Shown here: piece after piece, positions 26,243-36,485 of the stretch
How the letters are laid out: each line of letters opens with the position of its first letter
Numbering within the stretch: the stretch's first letter is position 1
DNA from: an uncultured Gammaproteobacteria bacterium
GTDB taxonomy: Bacteria; Patescibacteriota; Patescibacteriia; UBA1558; 2-01-FULL-52-15
Direction: 5' to 3'
DNA length: 64,000 bases
NCBI GenBank assembly: GCA_964402565.1
Contig: CAYOCJ010000001.1
Location: 96,079 to 160,078, forward strand
Translations under genes and position numbers: made by a program
Notes under the pieces: model-generated
Seen by the model: only the letters and a program-made list of their open reading frames with translations
What the model was told of the DNA's origin: nothing
The model's database searches: none

Positions 26243-26692
26243 TTATCGGTAGAGGCTGACATAAATGACCATGTGGTTTGATGTGTCGTTGATCGTGAAT
26301 TCCTCGAGCTCGACTTCCATTGCGTGAACGCTCTTGATGATGCTTTTGAGCGACGGTGCTTCCGGATGGATAGGGTGAATGAATTGGGCAAAGATCTCGG
26401 CGACCGTTGGCTCGGGCGATTTGCAGTAGATGAGGAGCGTGGTGATGATCGGCACGCTGATCAGGAGCTCGAGCGATTCTGCACGCGACGTGAGCTTTGG
26501 GTTGCGGGTGAATGGGGTTTCCCGCAAGTTGATCTGTGACTCATCGATGAACCACAGGCATCCGTCAGGTCCTCTGACCACGGGGCGAATCCTTCTCCAC
26601 AGAGCGTCGAGCGAGCTTGATTGGATCTCAGGGATTTTCGACACGAATGATCCCTCCTTATATAGAAAGGGCGCTATTGTATACGTTTCCAT
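26243..26692 (-). CDS. hypothetical protein
   Basis: 149-aa ORF on the opposite strand between plus-strand genes. No motif. Confidence 0.3.
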   Translation of the reverse strand: METYTIAPFLYKEGSFVSKIPEIQSSSLDALWRRIRPVVRGPDGCLWFIDESQINLRETPFTRNPKLTSRAESLELLISVPIITTLLIYCKSPEPTVAEIFAQFIHPIHPEAPSLKSIIKSVHAMEVELEEFTINDTSNHMVIYVSLYR

Positions 26693-26779
26693 TCAAGCAC
26701 AGGGCCAATATTAGCGCAATATGGATTTCGTATACGGTCAGTGCTATACTAGAGTCGTCTTATTTTTAAGAAAAAAAGT

Positions 26780-27004
26780 ATGGAAAACCTAGGTCCTATG
26801 GAGTTGTGGGCGATTTTAATCGCCATTTGGAGTCTCCCGTGGAAAGGAGTAGCGCTCTGGAAATCAGCCCGGGCTGAAGACAAGTATTGGTTCATCGCGT
26901 TGCTATTGATAAACTCGATCGGCATTTTGGATATTGTCTATATCTTCTTTTTTGCACCAAACCCTCAGCTGAAGAAAGGTTTTCACTGGCCTTGGAAGAA
27001 GTAA
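26780..27004 (+). CDS. small two-TM membrane protein (PLD-nuclease N-terminal-domain-like)
   Basis: 74 aa with a WxxxW...K pattern and two hydrophobic helices. Confidence 0.35.
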   Translation: MENLGPMELWAILIAIWSLPWKGVALWKSARAEDKYWFIALLLINSIGILDIVYIFFFAPNPQLKKGFHWPWKK

Positions 27005-27022
27005 TAGGGCCGCAGTCTCATC

Positions 27023-27748
27023 ATGAATAACGCTGTTACATTTCCTGCCATTGTCGCGCACCGTGGTTTCTGGATGCAATACCCGGAAAACACGGTGCCT
27101 GCATTTATCGAAGCCAAGCGCATCGGCGCTGACATGGTCGAATTGGATGTGCATGAGACCAAGGACGGTGAGTTTATAGTTTTTCATGACGCGGCGTATT
27201 CGCTTACCACTCCGCGATGGAGCCGGCTTACCTATGCTGAGATCCGGGATATGGTCGGCGACATTATGGCGCCGAGGCTTACCGACTGTGTCGCAGCAAT
27301 ACCAGGCCTCCCGATCAATATTAGTTTGAAGCGCATCAAACATCCTTCGAGTCTTGCGAAACTGCTGCAGACAATGCGTTTCGCAGAGGGAACCTTTATT
27401 TCCAGCCCGCAGTATTTTGACCTTCGCTCGCTGAATCGACTGAAGGTTGGTTTTCCTCTGTTCCTCATTCTGTCATGGCCGCCGCAGGCAAGTGCGAAGC
27501 TGTATGTTCAAATTACTTCAGCGTTGCGCGTTTTGCGATTTTTACCGACATTTTTATCCGGCGTTTCAATACAGCATCGTTTAATTTCAAAACGGCTGAT
27601 CGAACTATTGCATGAGAGAAAACTTAAGGTGCATGCATGGACTGTCAATAATCCAAAAAAAATGCAAAAATTGGTGGAGTACGGCATCGACGGCATCATC
27701 ACCAACCGGCCAGACATTTTGATGGATCTGAAACACACTATCGGATAA
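27023..27748 (+). CDS. glycerophosphodiester phosphodiesterase
   Basis: VAHRGFWMQYPENTVPAFIEAKRIGADMVELDVHETKDGEFIVFHD is the GDPD signature (HRG...ENT...E.D...DG..V.HD). Confidence 0.65.
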   Translation: MNNAVTFPAIVAHRGFWMQYPENTVPAFIEAKRIGADMVELDVHETKDGEFIVFHDAAYSLTTPRWSRLTYAEIRDMVGDIMAPRLTDCVAAIPGLPINISLKRIKHPSSLAKLLQTMRFAEGTFISSPQYFDLRSLNRLKVGFPLFLILSWPPQASAKLYVQITSALRVLRFLPTFLSGVSIQHRLISKRLIELLHERKLKVHAWTVNNPKKMQKLVEYGIDGIITNRPDILMDLKHTIG

Positions 27749-27752
27749 CGCT

Positions 27753-29411
27753 ATGAAGAGATTCGGAACTTTTGTGCTTGCAGGCATTTTTGTTTTTATT
27801 GTATTTTTAGTTTTTCCTGTATCGCATCACGGCGGCTTTGTTTCGGATGATTGGGATTGGCTCATGACTGCTTCCCAGAATACGGGCTTGTCGTCAATAT
27901 TTTTTTTGAATACGGTCGGCCAAATGTCAGGCGGGTCATATAATCCGATCAGCTCGCTCTGGATATATGTATTGTACAAAAATTTCGGCCTGAATCCGAT
28001 TCCGTATCATTATGCCAGCCTGTTGCTCCATGCATTCAATGCGTTGCTCCTTGCTCGGCTTACTGGTCTTATTCTTGATACCTTCTTCGCCCGAAAATCC
28101 AGATCGATACCGGTCGCGATCGGAACCCTCTTTCTGTTATGGCCAACGCATGTAGAAGCGGTGCAATGGATAGCCGCAGTGCCGCATTTGCTCTCGACAT
28201 GCTTCATGCTCCTGGCACTGATGACCTATATTTCGAGACGTTCGCGAGTAGTACGGCGCGGTACCTGGCTGGTAGTGCTATACAGCCTCTGCGCCTTTCT
28301 GAGCAAAGAAACCGCGCTTTCGCTTCCCATAATCCTATGTGTATTTGAATCCTGGTATCAGCGCGTGCATCTTAAAAAAATGTCGTTGAGCGGGTTTCTG
28401 ACCAGCATCGTTGTCGCATTGACTGCTGTCGGATGTTTAGCATTGCGTTTTTTCGTGACCGGACTTGTTTTCAGTACCTATGCTGCGCCCCTGGCACTGC
28501 GCCCCTGGCAATGGGCCAACACTTTTTTTACCTGTTTTGAAGAGTTTTTTACGATGGGCACGCTCAGAACTGAGTGGATGTGGTGGTTCTGGGCAAACCC
28601 CGTTGTTCTTACTGTAGCAGGCGCTGCCTTGATGCTTTTTATTATATGGCTCGTGTATCGGTCGCATAATATAACCTTGCAAAGCGCCAGCCTCATTCTT
28701 TTTGCCTCGCTTGCACCTTTTTTGGCTCTGGGTTTTAACCGTTTGTCGTCAGAGGGCGAGCGGTATACGTACCTGCCTTCAGTATTTTTTCTGATGCTGA
28801 TGGGCATTGCAGCGAGCGAGTTTATGAAACGCTTCGGTCGGCTGATTTTTATACTGCTGCTCATCGCAGCATTACCGATCCTAAGCCAAAAAAATGAAGC
28901 TTGGCTTCATGCATTTCAGGCAGCCGATATGATCGTCGCGCAAGCTGCGCAGTTGCCGCACATGCGGGACGCAAATCATCTTTTTGTATTTGTGGGTCTT
29001 CCGGATACGCTGAGCGGAGCGCAGGTGTTCCGCAATAATTTCAATCAGGCGCTCTCAATGACCGCGCCCGGACTTGCCGCCAAAGTAGCAGCGCTTCCGG
29101 TATACACGCAATATGAAATCTCTGACGAGCAAACTGCTTTGCTCGCATGGACCTATGATGAGAGAGGATTATATGCGAGGAATCGCGACCATAGGCTTGT
29201 GGTAACCGGCGCTGACCGGAAGGTGACGGAGCTTTTGACCTATGAACTCTGGGGCTATGACTATAATTTTTTTAGCAGCGATATGATCCGGTTATTGTAC
29301 GGTCACGAATTGAAAAATGCCGTTGCACAAGGCTCCGCGTCGATCATTTCCTGGCAGGACGGGGTATTGCAAGACGTGACGCATACAATGCCAGAGCCAA
29401 CTGCATTGTGA
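27753..29411 (+). CDS. polytopic membrane protein, possible GT-C-type glycosyltransferase
   Basis: 552 aa with at least 10 predicted TM helices and an Asp-rich first loop (VSDDWDW). Confidence 0.4.
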   Translation: MKRFGTFVLAGIFVFIVFLVFPVSHHGGFVSDDWDWLMTASQNTGLSSIFFLNTVGQMSGGSYNPISSLWIYVLYKNFGLNPIPYHYASLLLHAFNALLLARLTGLILDTFFARKSRSIPVAIGTLFLLWPTHVEAVQWIAAVPHLLSTCFMLLALMTYISRRSRVVRRGTWLVVLYSLCAFLSKETALSLPIILCVFESWYQRVHLKKMSLSGFLTSIVVALTAVGCLALRFFVTGLVFSTYAAPLALRPWQWANTFFTCFEEFFTMGTLRTEWMWWFWANPVVLTVAGAALMLFIIWLVYRSHNITLQSASLILFASLAPFLALGFNRLSSEGERYTYLPSVFFLMLMGIAASEFMKRFGRLIFILLLIAALPILSQKNEAWLHAFQAADMIVAQAAQLPHMRDANHLFVFVGLPDTLSGAQVFRNNFNQALSMTAPGLAAKVAALPVYTQYEISDEQTALLAWTYDERGLYARNRDHRLVVTGADRKVTELLTYELWGYDYNFFSSDMIRLLYGHELKNAVAQGSASIISWQDGVLQDVTHTMPEPTAL

Positions 29412-29441
29412 GTCGCCTATCAATCGGTTATACTGCATAGT

Positions 29442-30821
29442 ATGGATGAAGAAGAGCAGCCTATAAACCCAAATGCATCCCAAGGGCCGGCAAATCCTGA
29501 CCGCATGGCGCAAGAAGCTCGTATACGGATGGCGCTCCAGCGCAGGCTATCTCTCGGCGATGAGGCAACCTTGCTTTCCGAAAAAACGGCCCATCCCCGG
29601 CGGCGCCATCGAATTAGAAATCTCCTTGTTTTCATTTTGATTATTTTCGGAGGCGGCGCATTGATCATGCTCGGCCTGAATAAGATCGTGATACCGAAAT
29701 TGCTGGACAAGCTACCCGGGCTTCTGCATTCGCCATACCAGGAACTACCCAGCTATAAGCGGACCGTAAAAGGAATTGTTGATTATTATCCGCCGATCGA
29801 TGCGAATCAGAAGCATGTAGGCATTTCTGAATTTGATCATGGAGCTTCATTTACTCTGGTCTCAAGCGCTACGGTGATCCCGCATTCAGGGCTCGAAGGC
29901 GTCTTCAGGCTTGATTTTGAAAAAACAAAAACGGCTACTGCCGAAAGCGATATCGATGTGGGCTATAAGGTCCTCTTTCCGAAGACGAAGGATTCGAAAG
30001 ATGTCGGCATCTATTTCTTTTTTAATCATTGGCCCGCGTTCCTGCAGGCTATCGGTCTGAACGGCGAAAGCCGCGGCCAATGGTTCGGATATGATTCGAG
30101 CGATCCTGCGGTATCGAAGGAAGGGTTCAATGAGTTGATCAGCTTCCTGAACCCGGAGACCAACCGCGCAGAGACACAGAGCTTCATCGATGCGCTATGG
30201 CAATATGCCTCCCGGCATGACGCGGTACAATGGAAAGTCGAACACCTGGTGCGCAGTCTGACGGACGGCACGCAGGTTACTGATATTCGCGTTGCGATCA
30301 AACCTGAACAGTTCGTTTCTATGTTGGGTTCATTTGTGACTGATCCCATCTATACCGGTGACGTAAAAAAGATCGGCGAAGCAAAGATAGCAGGAACGAA
30401 CGTCATGGGACTCCTGGGTTCATTGCGGTCTTTAAATGGTTTAATAACGATCGGCATTCGGGACCGTTTCATGCATGAAGCCAGCTGGAACTTCGATTTG
30501 AATGATAAGTCAGCCGGAACTTATCGCGGTACTATTTCCTCGACATTAGATCTGATCGAGTCGAAAAAAGAGATCGCGAAACCTGAAGAATCGAAAAGCG
30601 CTGTCGACATATTAAATTTATTTGCGGTGGACGATGGTACGACAGTATCGACGACCACGCCTGCAGCCATTGATTCAGACGGTGACGGGCTGAGCGACGC
30701 GGACGAGGCAAAATATCATACAGATCCGCTTGTGACAGATACTGATAAAGACGGTTTTACTGACGGGGATGAAGTCCGCCGGGGGTTTAATCCGCTGGGA
30801 CCCGGAAAGTTGAAAAAATAA
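29442..30821 (+). CDS. membrane-anchored protein with C-terminal Asp-rich calcium-binding-type repeats
   Basis: One TM helix, LLVFILIIFGGGALIML. C-terminus DSDGDGLSDADEAKYHTDPLVTDTDKDGFTDGDEV carries Dx[DN]xDG repeats. Confidence 0.45.
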   Translation: MDEEEQPINPNASQGPANPDRMAQEARIRMALQRRLSLGDEATLLSEKTAHPRRRHRIRNLLVFILIIFGGGALIMLGLNKIVIPKLLDKLPGLLHSPYQELPSYKRTVKGIVDYYPPIDANQKHVGISEFDHGASFTLVSSATVIPHSGLEGVFRLDFEKTKTATAESDIDVGYKVLFPKTKDSKDVGIYFFFNHWPAFLQAIGLNGESRGQWFGYDSSDPAVSKEGFNELISFLNPETNRAETQSFIDALWQYASRHDAVQWKVEHLVRSLTDGTQVTDIRVAIKPEQFVSMLGSFVTDPIYTGDVKKIGEAKIAGTNVMGLLGSLRSLNGLITIGIRDRFMHEASWNFDLNDKSAGTYRGTISSTLDLIESKKEIAKPEESKSAVDILNLFAVDDGTTVSTTTPAAIDSDGDGLSDADEAKYHTDPLVTDTDKDGFTDGDEVRRGFNPLGPGKLKK

Positions 30822-30826
30822 ACCAG

Positions 30827-31360
30827 TTACGTTCGATAGACGTAGAGATTACGCCACTGTTCATGGAATTCGATGAGCGGTTTTTTGTTCGCGAATGAAA
30901 AATTATATGACACGACGTAACTTCCCGGACGCGCCTCGCGCTCGATCTTCGGGGCGAGTGTATCCTGAAAAGGCCCGGTCGATAGACCATAGACAAAAAT
31001 AATATCGAAATCCTTCAATGACTGTGTATAGAGATCCTTGAATGCAATATGAACAGGCTTTTTAAAATATTTGAGCTGCCGGATCTTTGCAATGATATAC
31101 GGCAGGATCGAGTATTCATATCCGGTCGCATCGAGCCCATATCGGCGATGCGCAAAGAAAACGATGCGTCCGTCGCCGCAACCCAAGTCCACGAAGCGCA
31201 TGCCTTCTTTCGGCTGGATTTCATCCAGTGCTTTTGCGACCATCGCAGTCTTACTGGGAATCCATGGCGCAAGCGACCGGCCTGCGAAGATCAGCGAATA
31301 GATAATGACACTCGCGATGATGAGAAACATAATACTGATCGCGAGTGTCAGCACATTCAT
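30827..31360 (-). CDS. membrane-anchored class I SAM-dependent methyltransferase
   Basis: N-terminal TM helix, then VDLGCGDGRIVF, which is methyltransferase motif I. Confidence 0.5.
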   Translation of the reverse strand: MNVLTLAISIMFLIIASVIIYSLIFAGRSLAPWIPSKTAMVAKALDEIQPKEGMRFVDLGCGDGRIVFFAHRRYGLDATGYEYSILPYIIAKIRQLKYFKKPVHIAFKDLYTQSLKDFDIIFVYGLSTGPFQDTLAPKIEREARPGSYVVSYNFSFANKKPLIEFHEQWRNLYVYRT

Positions 31361-31364
31361 AATG

Positions 31365-32756
31365 CTATCGGATATAATTCAGAGGATTGGTGACGCGGCC
31401 ATTGATACGTACTTCGAAGTGCAGGTGCGGGCCTGTCGATCTGCCGGTTGATCCTATCATGCCGATCTGCTGGCCGCGTGCAACTGTGTCGCCGGCCTTG
31501 ACCAAAATTTTCGATTGATGGCCATAGAGCGTTTGTATGCCATTGCCGTGATTGATAATGACATAGTTTCCATAGCCGCCATTATTCCATCCGGCGCGCT
31601 CTACTCTGCCATTTTCAGCTGCATAGATCGGATTGCCGATCTTGTCGCCGATATCGACGCCCGTGTGGCGCAATTTGAAGTATTGCGTGATGCGTCTGCT
31701 TAAAACCGGCCATAAGAATTTGCCGCCAAGCTCCTGTGAAATGCCGGCCTGTCCCGGTACCAGGATGTCCTGGATGATGCTGCCTAGACTTTGCTGCTGC
31801 CGGGGACGAGGTATGACGGTGGTCGGGTTAATGCCATTGGGAATGATCAGCACTTCGCCCACTTGAATATCAGCTGCGCTGGCCAACTTATTTCCCTCGA
31901 TGATTGTTGCCGGGTCAACTTGGTATTTCTTTGCAATTTGAGTCACCGTTTCTCCATTTTTCACTGTATGCGAAACGCCGCTGGTGGGCAGGATCGTTAT
32001 GCTTTGGCCTGGTTTGATGGTGCTTGATCCGGTCAGGCCATTTGCCCAAAGGATCGTGTTGATGCTCAGGTCAAACTTCTGTGCAATGGTGCCGATAGTG
32101 TCGCCCGCTTGTACGACATAGGTTTCAATCTTGGACCTGTTGGTGCCTGAAGTACCATGCGTATCAGTGATGACCGGCGCTATGATGGGCTGGTCATCCT
32201 CAGGGCTGTACATGATGTCATCATCAGTATCAGGCGCCGGCGCCTCGAGAGGATTGTCACTCATGACCGTATCAGTATCCAGATAGCTGACCTTGGTTGC
32301 TTGGTTCGCTTCATTGAGCGGCCCTTCCTGGATGAGCTGTACGGCTGTTTCATCGTTCTCGCTGGAGATGGTATTCAGCGGTATTTGCGAAGAAAGCTCT
32401 TCTGCATTCAAGGAAGTGGCCCATAGATTATGCGCCAGTGTGAGGAGCACGATGATGACCAAAGTTGCTTTATAGAGATAGCGATTGAGCCATGACAAGA
32501 TAGTGTGATTGCTTGATTGTGCGAGCGATTTTATTTTGCGCTGCAATTTGAGAACCAGGAAATATGAATTGAGTATCGTACCGAGAAAAATTTTTTTTAT
32601 GGTCTTGCGGGCCAGGCGATAAAGCGGCCATATGCCGCGCCTGAACAATTTTCCTATCGATACGAAAGCGTCGATCACGAGTATGATCGACTTCAATGCG
32701 ATGCGTCGAATTGTGAGATTCAGCTTGCGAATACAACTGTGGTTAGGACCAGTCAT
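31365..32756 (-). CDS. M23-family metallopeptidase with two LysM domains (cell-wall hydrolase)
   Basis: The C-terminus has HTGVDIG, NGGYGNYVIINHGNGIQTLYGH and GSTGRSTGPHLHFEV, the M23 motifs HxxxD and HxH. LysM motifs are YVVQAGDTIGTIAQKF and HTVKNGETVTQIAKKY. Start set at the Met at 32756 to avoid overlap with leuS. The track ORF extends to 32909. Confidence 0.6.
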   Translation of the reverse strand: MTGPNHSCIRKLNLTIRRIALKSIILVIDAFVSIGKLFRRGIWPLYRLARKTIKKIFLGTILNSYFLVLKLQRKIKSLAQSSNHTILSWLNRYLYKATLVIIVLLTLAHNLWATSLNAEELSSQIPLNTISSENDETAVQLIQEGPLNEANQATKVSYLDTDTVMSDNPLEAPAPDTDDDIMYSPEDDQPIIAPVITDTHGTSGTNRSKIETYVVQAGDTIGTIAQKFDLSINTILWANGLTGSSTIKPGQSITILPTSGVSHTVKNGETVTQIAKKYQVDPATIIEGNKLASAADIQVGEVLIIPNGINPTTVIPRPRQQQSLGSIIQDILVPGQAGISQELGGKFLWPVLSRRITQYFKLRHTGVDIGDKIGNPIYAAENGRVERAGWNNGGYGNYVIINHGNGIQTLYGHQSKILVKAGDTVARGQQIGMIGSTGRSTGPHLHFEVRINGRVTNPLNYIR

Positions 32757-32831
32757 ATATACCACAGAAAGTGCATTATGTAAATATCTAATGCGTTGAT
32801 TTTTATCATATGCTTTGTTAGAGTAAGGCCT

Positions 32832-35800
32832 ATGCCTGATACGCACTATCAACCAGAACGCTTCGAGAAACATTGGCAGGATGCTTGGGAGAAAGAAGGC
32901 ATTTATCATGCCAAAGATTTTGATGCTCGAGAAAAAAGATATATTTTGGTCGAATATCCCTATCCGTCAGGCGAGGGTCTGCATGTCGGGCACTGTTTGT
33001 CGTATATAGCACAGGACATCGTATCGCGGTACTTGCGCATGAAAGGATATAATGTGCTGTACCCGATCGGCTGGGATGCATTCGGCTTGCCTGCAGAGAA
33101 TTTTGCGATCAAACATAAGATCAAACCGCAAGAAGCGACAAAACGGAACACTGAAAATTATAAGCGGCAGATACAATCGCTCGGGATTTCTTTTGACTGG
33201 TCCCGCGAGCTGAATACGACGGATCCGGCCTACTATAAATGGACTCAATGGATTTTTTTGCAATTATTTAAAGCTGGCCTTGCGGAAAAGAAAGAAGTGC
33301 CGATCAACTGGTGCCCGAAAGACAAGATTGGTTTGGCTTTTGAGGAAGTCGTTAATGGCTGCTGTGAACGTTGTGGTACTCCGGTTGAACGAAGAAATAT
33401 CAAGCAATGGATTTTGAAAATCACGAAATACGCAGACCGGCTGATCGATGACCTGAAGACCGTCAATTTTTTGCCTGCGATAGCGCAGCAGCAGATCAAC
33501 TGGATTGGCAGAAGCGAAGGTGCTGAAATTGATTTTCCTATCTCCTCGCCAGCCGTGACCGAAGTAGTGTTTGCCTCAAATAATAAAGGGAAGGTAGAGC
33601 GCATGAAAAGGCTCTTCAAGGTCGCCGGCCTTGCGGTGAAACTGAGAACGCCAGAGGACATAGGCGTCAAAGATTTCGACGTGGTCGAAGATGCAGGAAC
33701 TCTTGCGGATAATGCTTTAAAGAAAGCTACCGCCTTAGCAAAGCACACCAAGCTGCCGGTACTCGCCGACGATACTGGTTTTTTTGTACAGGGAGCGAAG
33801 ATCGATCCAGTCATGGTCAAACGCAATGCGCTTGACGGAGAAGATGAAAAAAAATTGACGATCGAACAGATCGCCGCGAAGATGCAGGCATATTATCAGG
33901 ATATCGCTGATCACGCAGGTGGTAGAGTCGATGCTGAATGGCGCAATGCGCTGTGCCTGGTAGTCCATGGGGAGAAGCCTCGCATCATCGAAGCGCTGCG
34001 TCCTGTGATCCTCACAAATGAATCGCATGGCACAGTAGACCCGCATCTTCCGCTACGAGGTTTATATATTTCTAAAGCAACGAATAAATACGCCCTGGAA
34101 CAAACAGACGATGAAGAATTACAGGAGCTCGCGCCTATAACGGAAGGGCTCAGACAGATCATCGCTCCTTCGCTCAAGGTGTTCACGACAAGACCAGACA
34201 CCTTATTCGGCGCTACCTATATGGTGCTTTCGCCGGAACATGAGTTTATCGAAAGAAATAAGGATTCGATTAAGAACTTCAAAGAAGTTTTCAAGTATAT
34301 TTCTGTTGCTAAAAATAAATCAGAACGCGAGCGTCAGGAACATAGAGAGAAAACAGGTGTTGAGTTGAAAGGCATCAAGGCAATCAATCCAGCAAATAAA
34401 GAAGAAATTCCAATTTGGGTCGCTGATTATGTACTTTCTGGTTATGGAACCGGTGCTATTATGGCTGTTCCTGCGCATGATGAAAGAGATTTTGAATTTG
34501 CGAAGAAATTTGATTTGCCGATTGTTGATGTGATAAAAGGTGACAATGAATTACATGGAATGATACTCGATGGAGTTTTAATTAATTCTGAACAATTTAA
34601 TGGACTTGAAATCGATGAAGCAAGAAAAAAAATCACTGCATTCGTCGGCGGAGAAATGAAAGTACAATATAAACTCCGCGATTGGATTTTTTCACGCCAG
34701 CATTATTGGGGGGAGCCGATCCCGATCATTCATTGTGATCGATGCGGCGCTGTGCCGGTTCCGGAAAAGAATCTTCCGGTAACACTGCCAGATGTTGAAT
34801 TCTATGAGCCCACTGACACGGGCGAATCGCCATTAGCAAAGATAACTGACTGGGTGAATGTGCAATGCCCATCGTGTCATGGCCCTGCGAAGCGTGAAAC
34901 CGATACCATGCCAACCTGGGCCGGCAGCTCATGGTATTTTTTACGCTATACTGATCCGCATAATGACAAAGCATTTGCAGATAAGAAAAAAATAGGTTAT
35001 TGGCTGCCTATAGATCTCTATAATGGAGGAGCTGAGCATACCACCTTGCACCTACTGTATTCCCGGTTTTGGTACAAGTTTCTCTATGATCAAGGGTATG
35101 TGCCTACTCCCGAACCATATCAGGTTCGCGTTCAGCATGGCATGATATTGGCGCCAGATGGGCAGAAAATGTCCAAGTCGCGGGGGAATGTGATCAATCC
35201 TGATGAGATCGTCTCGGAGTATGGTGCGGATATTTTCAGGCTCTATATGATGTTCATGGGCGAATATGACCAGTATAAAAGCTGGAACGATAAAAATCTG
35301 CAAGGTGTTGCGCGCTTCATGCGGCGTTTCTGGGATTTTGTATCATCCGCGAACATAGGCGCATCAAGTGCAGCAGCTCGCACCGCTGTCCATCGGGCAA
35401 TTCGCGACGTTTCTGCAGATCTTGAACGCCGGTCATTCAATACTGCGGTTAGCAAATTGATGATCTGCCTGAATTCGCTTGAACAAGAAAAAGCACTGAG
35501 CACAGAGGACATGCAAGCACTGCTGAAAATTATTGCGCCATTTGCACCCCATATTTCAGAAGAGCTCTGGCATTCGAAGCTCTCCGAACAAGGAACCATG
35601 CATACTGCGTCCTGGCCTGTATACGACCCGAGCGTTATCAACGAAGAAGGGGTTACGCTTGGCATTCAGATCAATGGCAAGGTGCGAGCAGATATTCTCG
35701 TCACGCCTGACATGAGCGAGGCTGATGTGCGAACTGCGGTTTTAGCGCTGGAGTCGGTGCAAAAATACGTACCAAACCTCGGATCCATAAAAAAATTCAT

Positions 35801-35837
35801 CTATATTGAAAAAAAGATCATCAGTATTGTCGTATAG
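32832..35837 (+). CDS. leuS: leucyl-tRNA synthetase with a ~210-aa Ham1/RdgB-like insertion
   Basis: YPYPSGEGLHVGH is HIGH. QKMSKSRGN is KMSKS. WIGRSEG, VFTTRPDT and GTGAIMAVPAHDERDFEFA match the bacterial CP1 editing domain. The insertion lies between GRSEGAEIDF and VFTTRPDT. Confidence 0.85.
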   Translation: MPDTHYQPERFEKHWQDAWEKEGIYHAKDFDAREKRYILVEYPYPSGEGLHVGHCLSYIAQDIVSRYLRMKGYNVLYPIGWDAFGLPAENFAIKHKIKPQEATKRNTENYKRQIQSLGISFDWSRELNTTDPAYYKWTQWIFLQLFKAGLAEKKEVPINWCPKDKIGLAFEEVVNGCCERCGTPVERRNIKQWILKITKYADRLIDDLKTVNFLPAIAQQQINWIGRSEGAEIDFPISSPAVTEVVFASNNKGKVERMKRLFKVAGLAVKLRTPEDIGVKDFDVVEDAGTLADNALKKATALAKHTKLPVLADDTGFFVQGAKIDPVMVKRNALDGEDEKKLTIEQIAAKMQAYYQDIADHAGGRVDAEWRNALCLVVHGEKPRIIEALRPVILTNESHGTVDPHLPLRGLYISKATNKYALEQTDDEELQELAPITEGLRQIIAPSLKVFTTRPDTLFGATYMVLSPEHEFIERNKDSIKNFKEVFKYISVAKNKSERERQEHREKTGVELKGIKAINPANKEEIPIWVADYVLSGYGTGAIMAVPAHDERDFEFAKKFDLPIVDVIKGDNELHGMILDGVLINSEQFNGLEIDEARKKITAFVGGEMKVQYKLRDWIFSRQHYWGEPIPIIHCDRCGAVPVPEKNLPVTLPDVEFYEPTDTGESPLAKITDWVNVQCPSCHGPAKRETDTMPTWAGSSWYFLRYTDPHNDKAFADKKKIGYWLPIDLYNGGAEHTTLHLLYSRFWYKFLYDQGYVPTPEPYQVRVQHGMILAPDGQKMSKSRGNVINPDEIVSEYGADIFRLYMMFMGEYDQYKSWNDKNLQGVARFMRRFWDFVSSANIGASSAAARTAVHRAIRDVSADLERRSFNTAVSKLMICLNSLEQEKALSTEDMQALLKIIAPFAPHISEELWHSKLSEQGTMHTASWPVYDPSVINEEGVTLGIQINGKVRADILVTPDMSEADVRTAVLALESVQKYVPNLGSIKKFIYIEKKIISIVV

Positions 35838-35870
35838 AATGCTGCACGACTATCGTGTATACTGTAAAGC

Positions 35871-36485
35871 ATGAAGATCTTGCCGTATACACAAGAAAAT
35901 AAAGCCTCGATTCTTGCCGAAGCGCTGGTCGTATTATTGTCGGGCGGCACGATCGTCTATCCTACAGAAACGGCGTATGGTCTCGGCGCTGATTTTTTTT
36001 CGCCGAAAGCATACCGTTCGATCTTTTCGATTAAGAATCGCCACGCCGGAAAAGCATTACCGGTCATCGTGCCTGATATGCGCTATGCGACGACGCTTGT
36101 GGAGTTCGAGCCGCCGGCTTCGAAGCTCGCAGCACAGTATTGGCCGGGGCCTCTTACCTTGGTGCTACCTTTCCGCTATAGCAGACAATATGAATATCAT
36201 GCAGACCCGTATCTGGCGCTTCGCGTCAGCTCGAACCATTTTGCCGCGAGCCTGTCCCAGGCATTTGGCAAACCGTTGATAGCAACGTCGGCGAATACGA
36301 GTGGCAAGGCGGCTACCTATAGCGTGGATGAAATCATTCGGCAATTCGAAAAAAGCCGCATGCAGCCTGACCTCATTATTGATGCAGGTGAGTTGCCGAA
36401 AGTAATGCCGTCGACTATCGTGAAAGTAGACCGCAACGGCGTCGAAGTCATCCGTGAAGGAGCTATTCAACTCAAGACATTTTAG
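35871..36485 (+). CDS. tsaC: L-threonylcarbamoyladenylate synthase (YrdC/Sua5 family)
   Basis: IVYPTETAYGLGAD is the YrdC motif. Length 204 aa. Confidence 0.7.
   Translation: MKILPYTQENKASILAEALVVLLSGGTIVYPTETAYGLGADFFSPKAYRSIFSIKNRHAGKALPVIVPDMRYATTLVEFEPPASKLAAQYWPGPLTLVLPFRYSRQYEYHADPYLALRVSSNHFAASLSQAFGKPLIATSANTSGKAATYSVDEIIRQFEKSRMQPDLIIDAGELPKVMPSTIVKVDRNGVEVIREGAIQLKTF

Noticed and set aside
33549-34600. Initial impression that the LeuRS CP1 editing domain is deleted and replaced by the Ham1-like module
   Set aside because: Re-aligned against E. coli LeuRS landmarks. TTRPDT and the GTGAIMAVPAHDERD region keep a ~90-aa spacing equal to E. coli, and downstream CP1 motifs are present. 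So the editing domain appears intact and the Ham1-like segment is an extra insertion.
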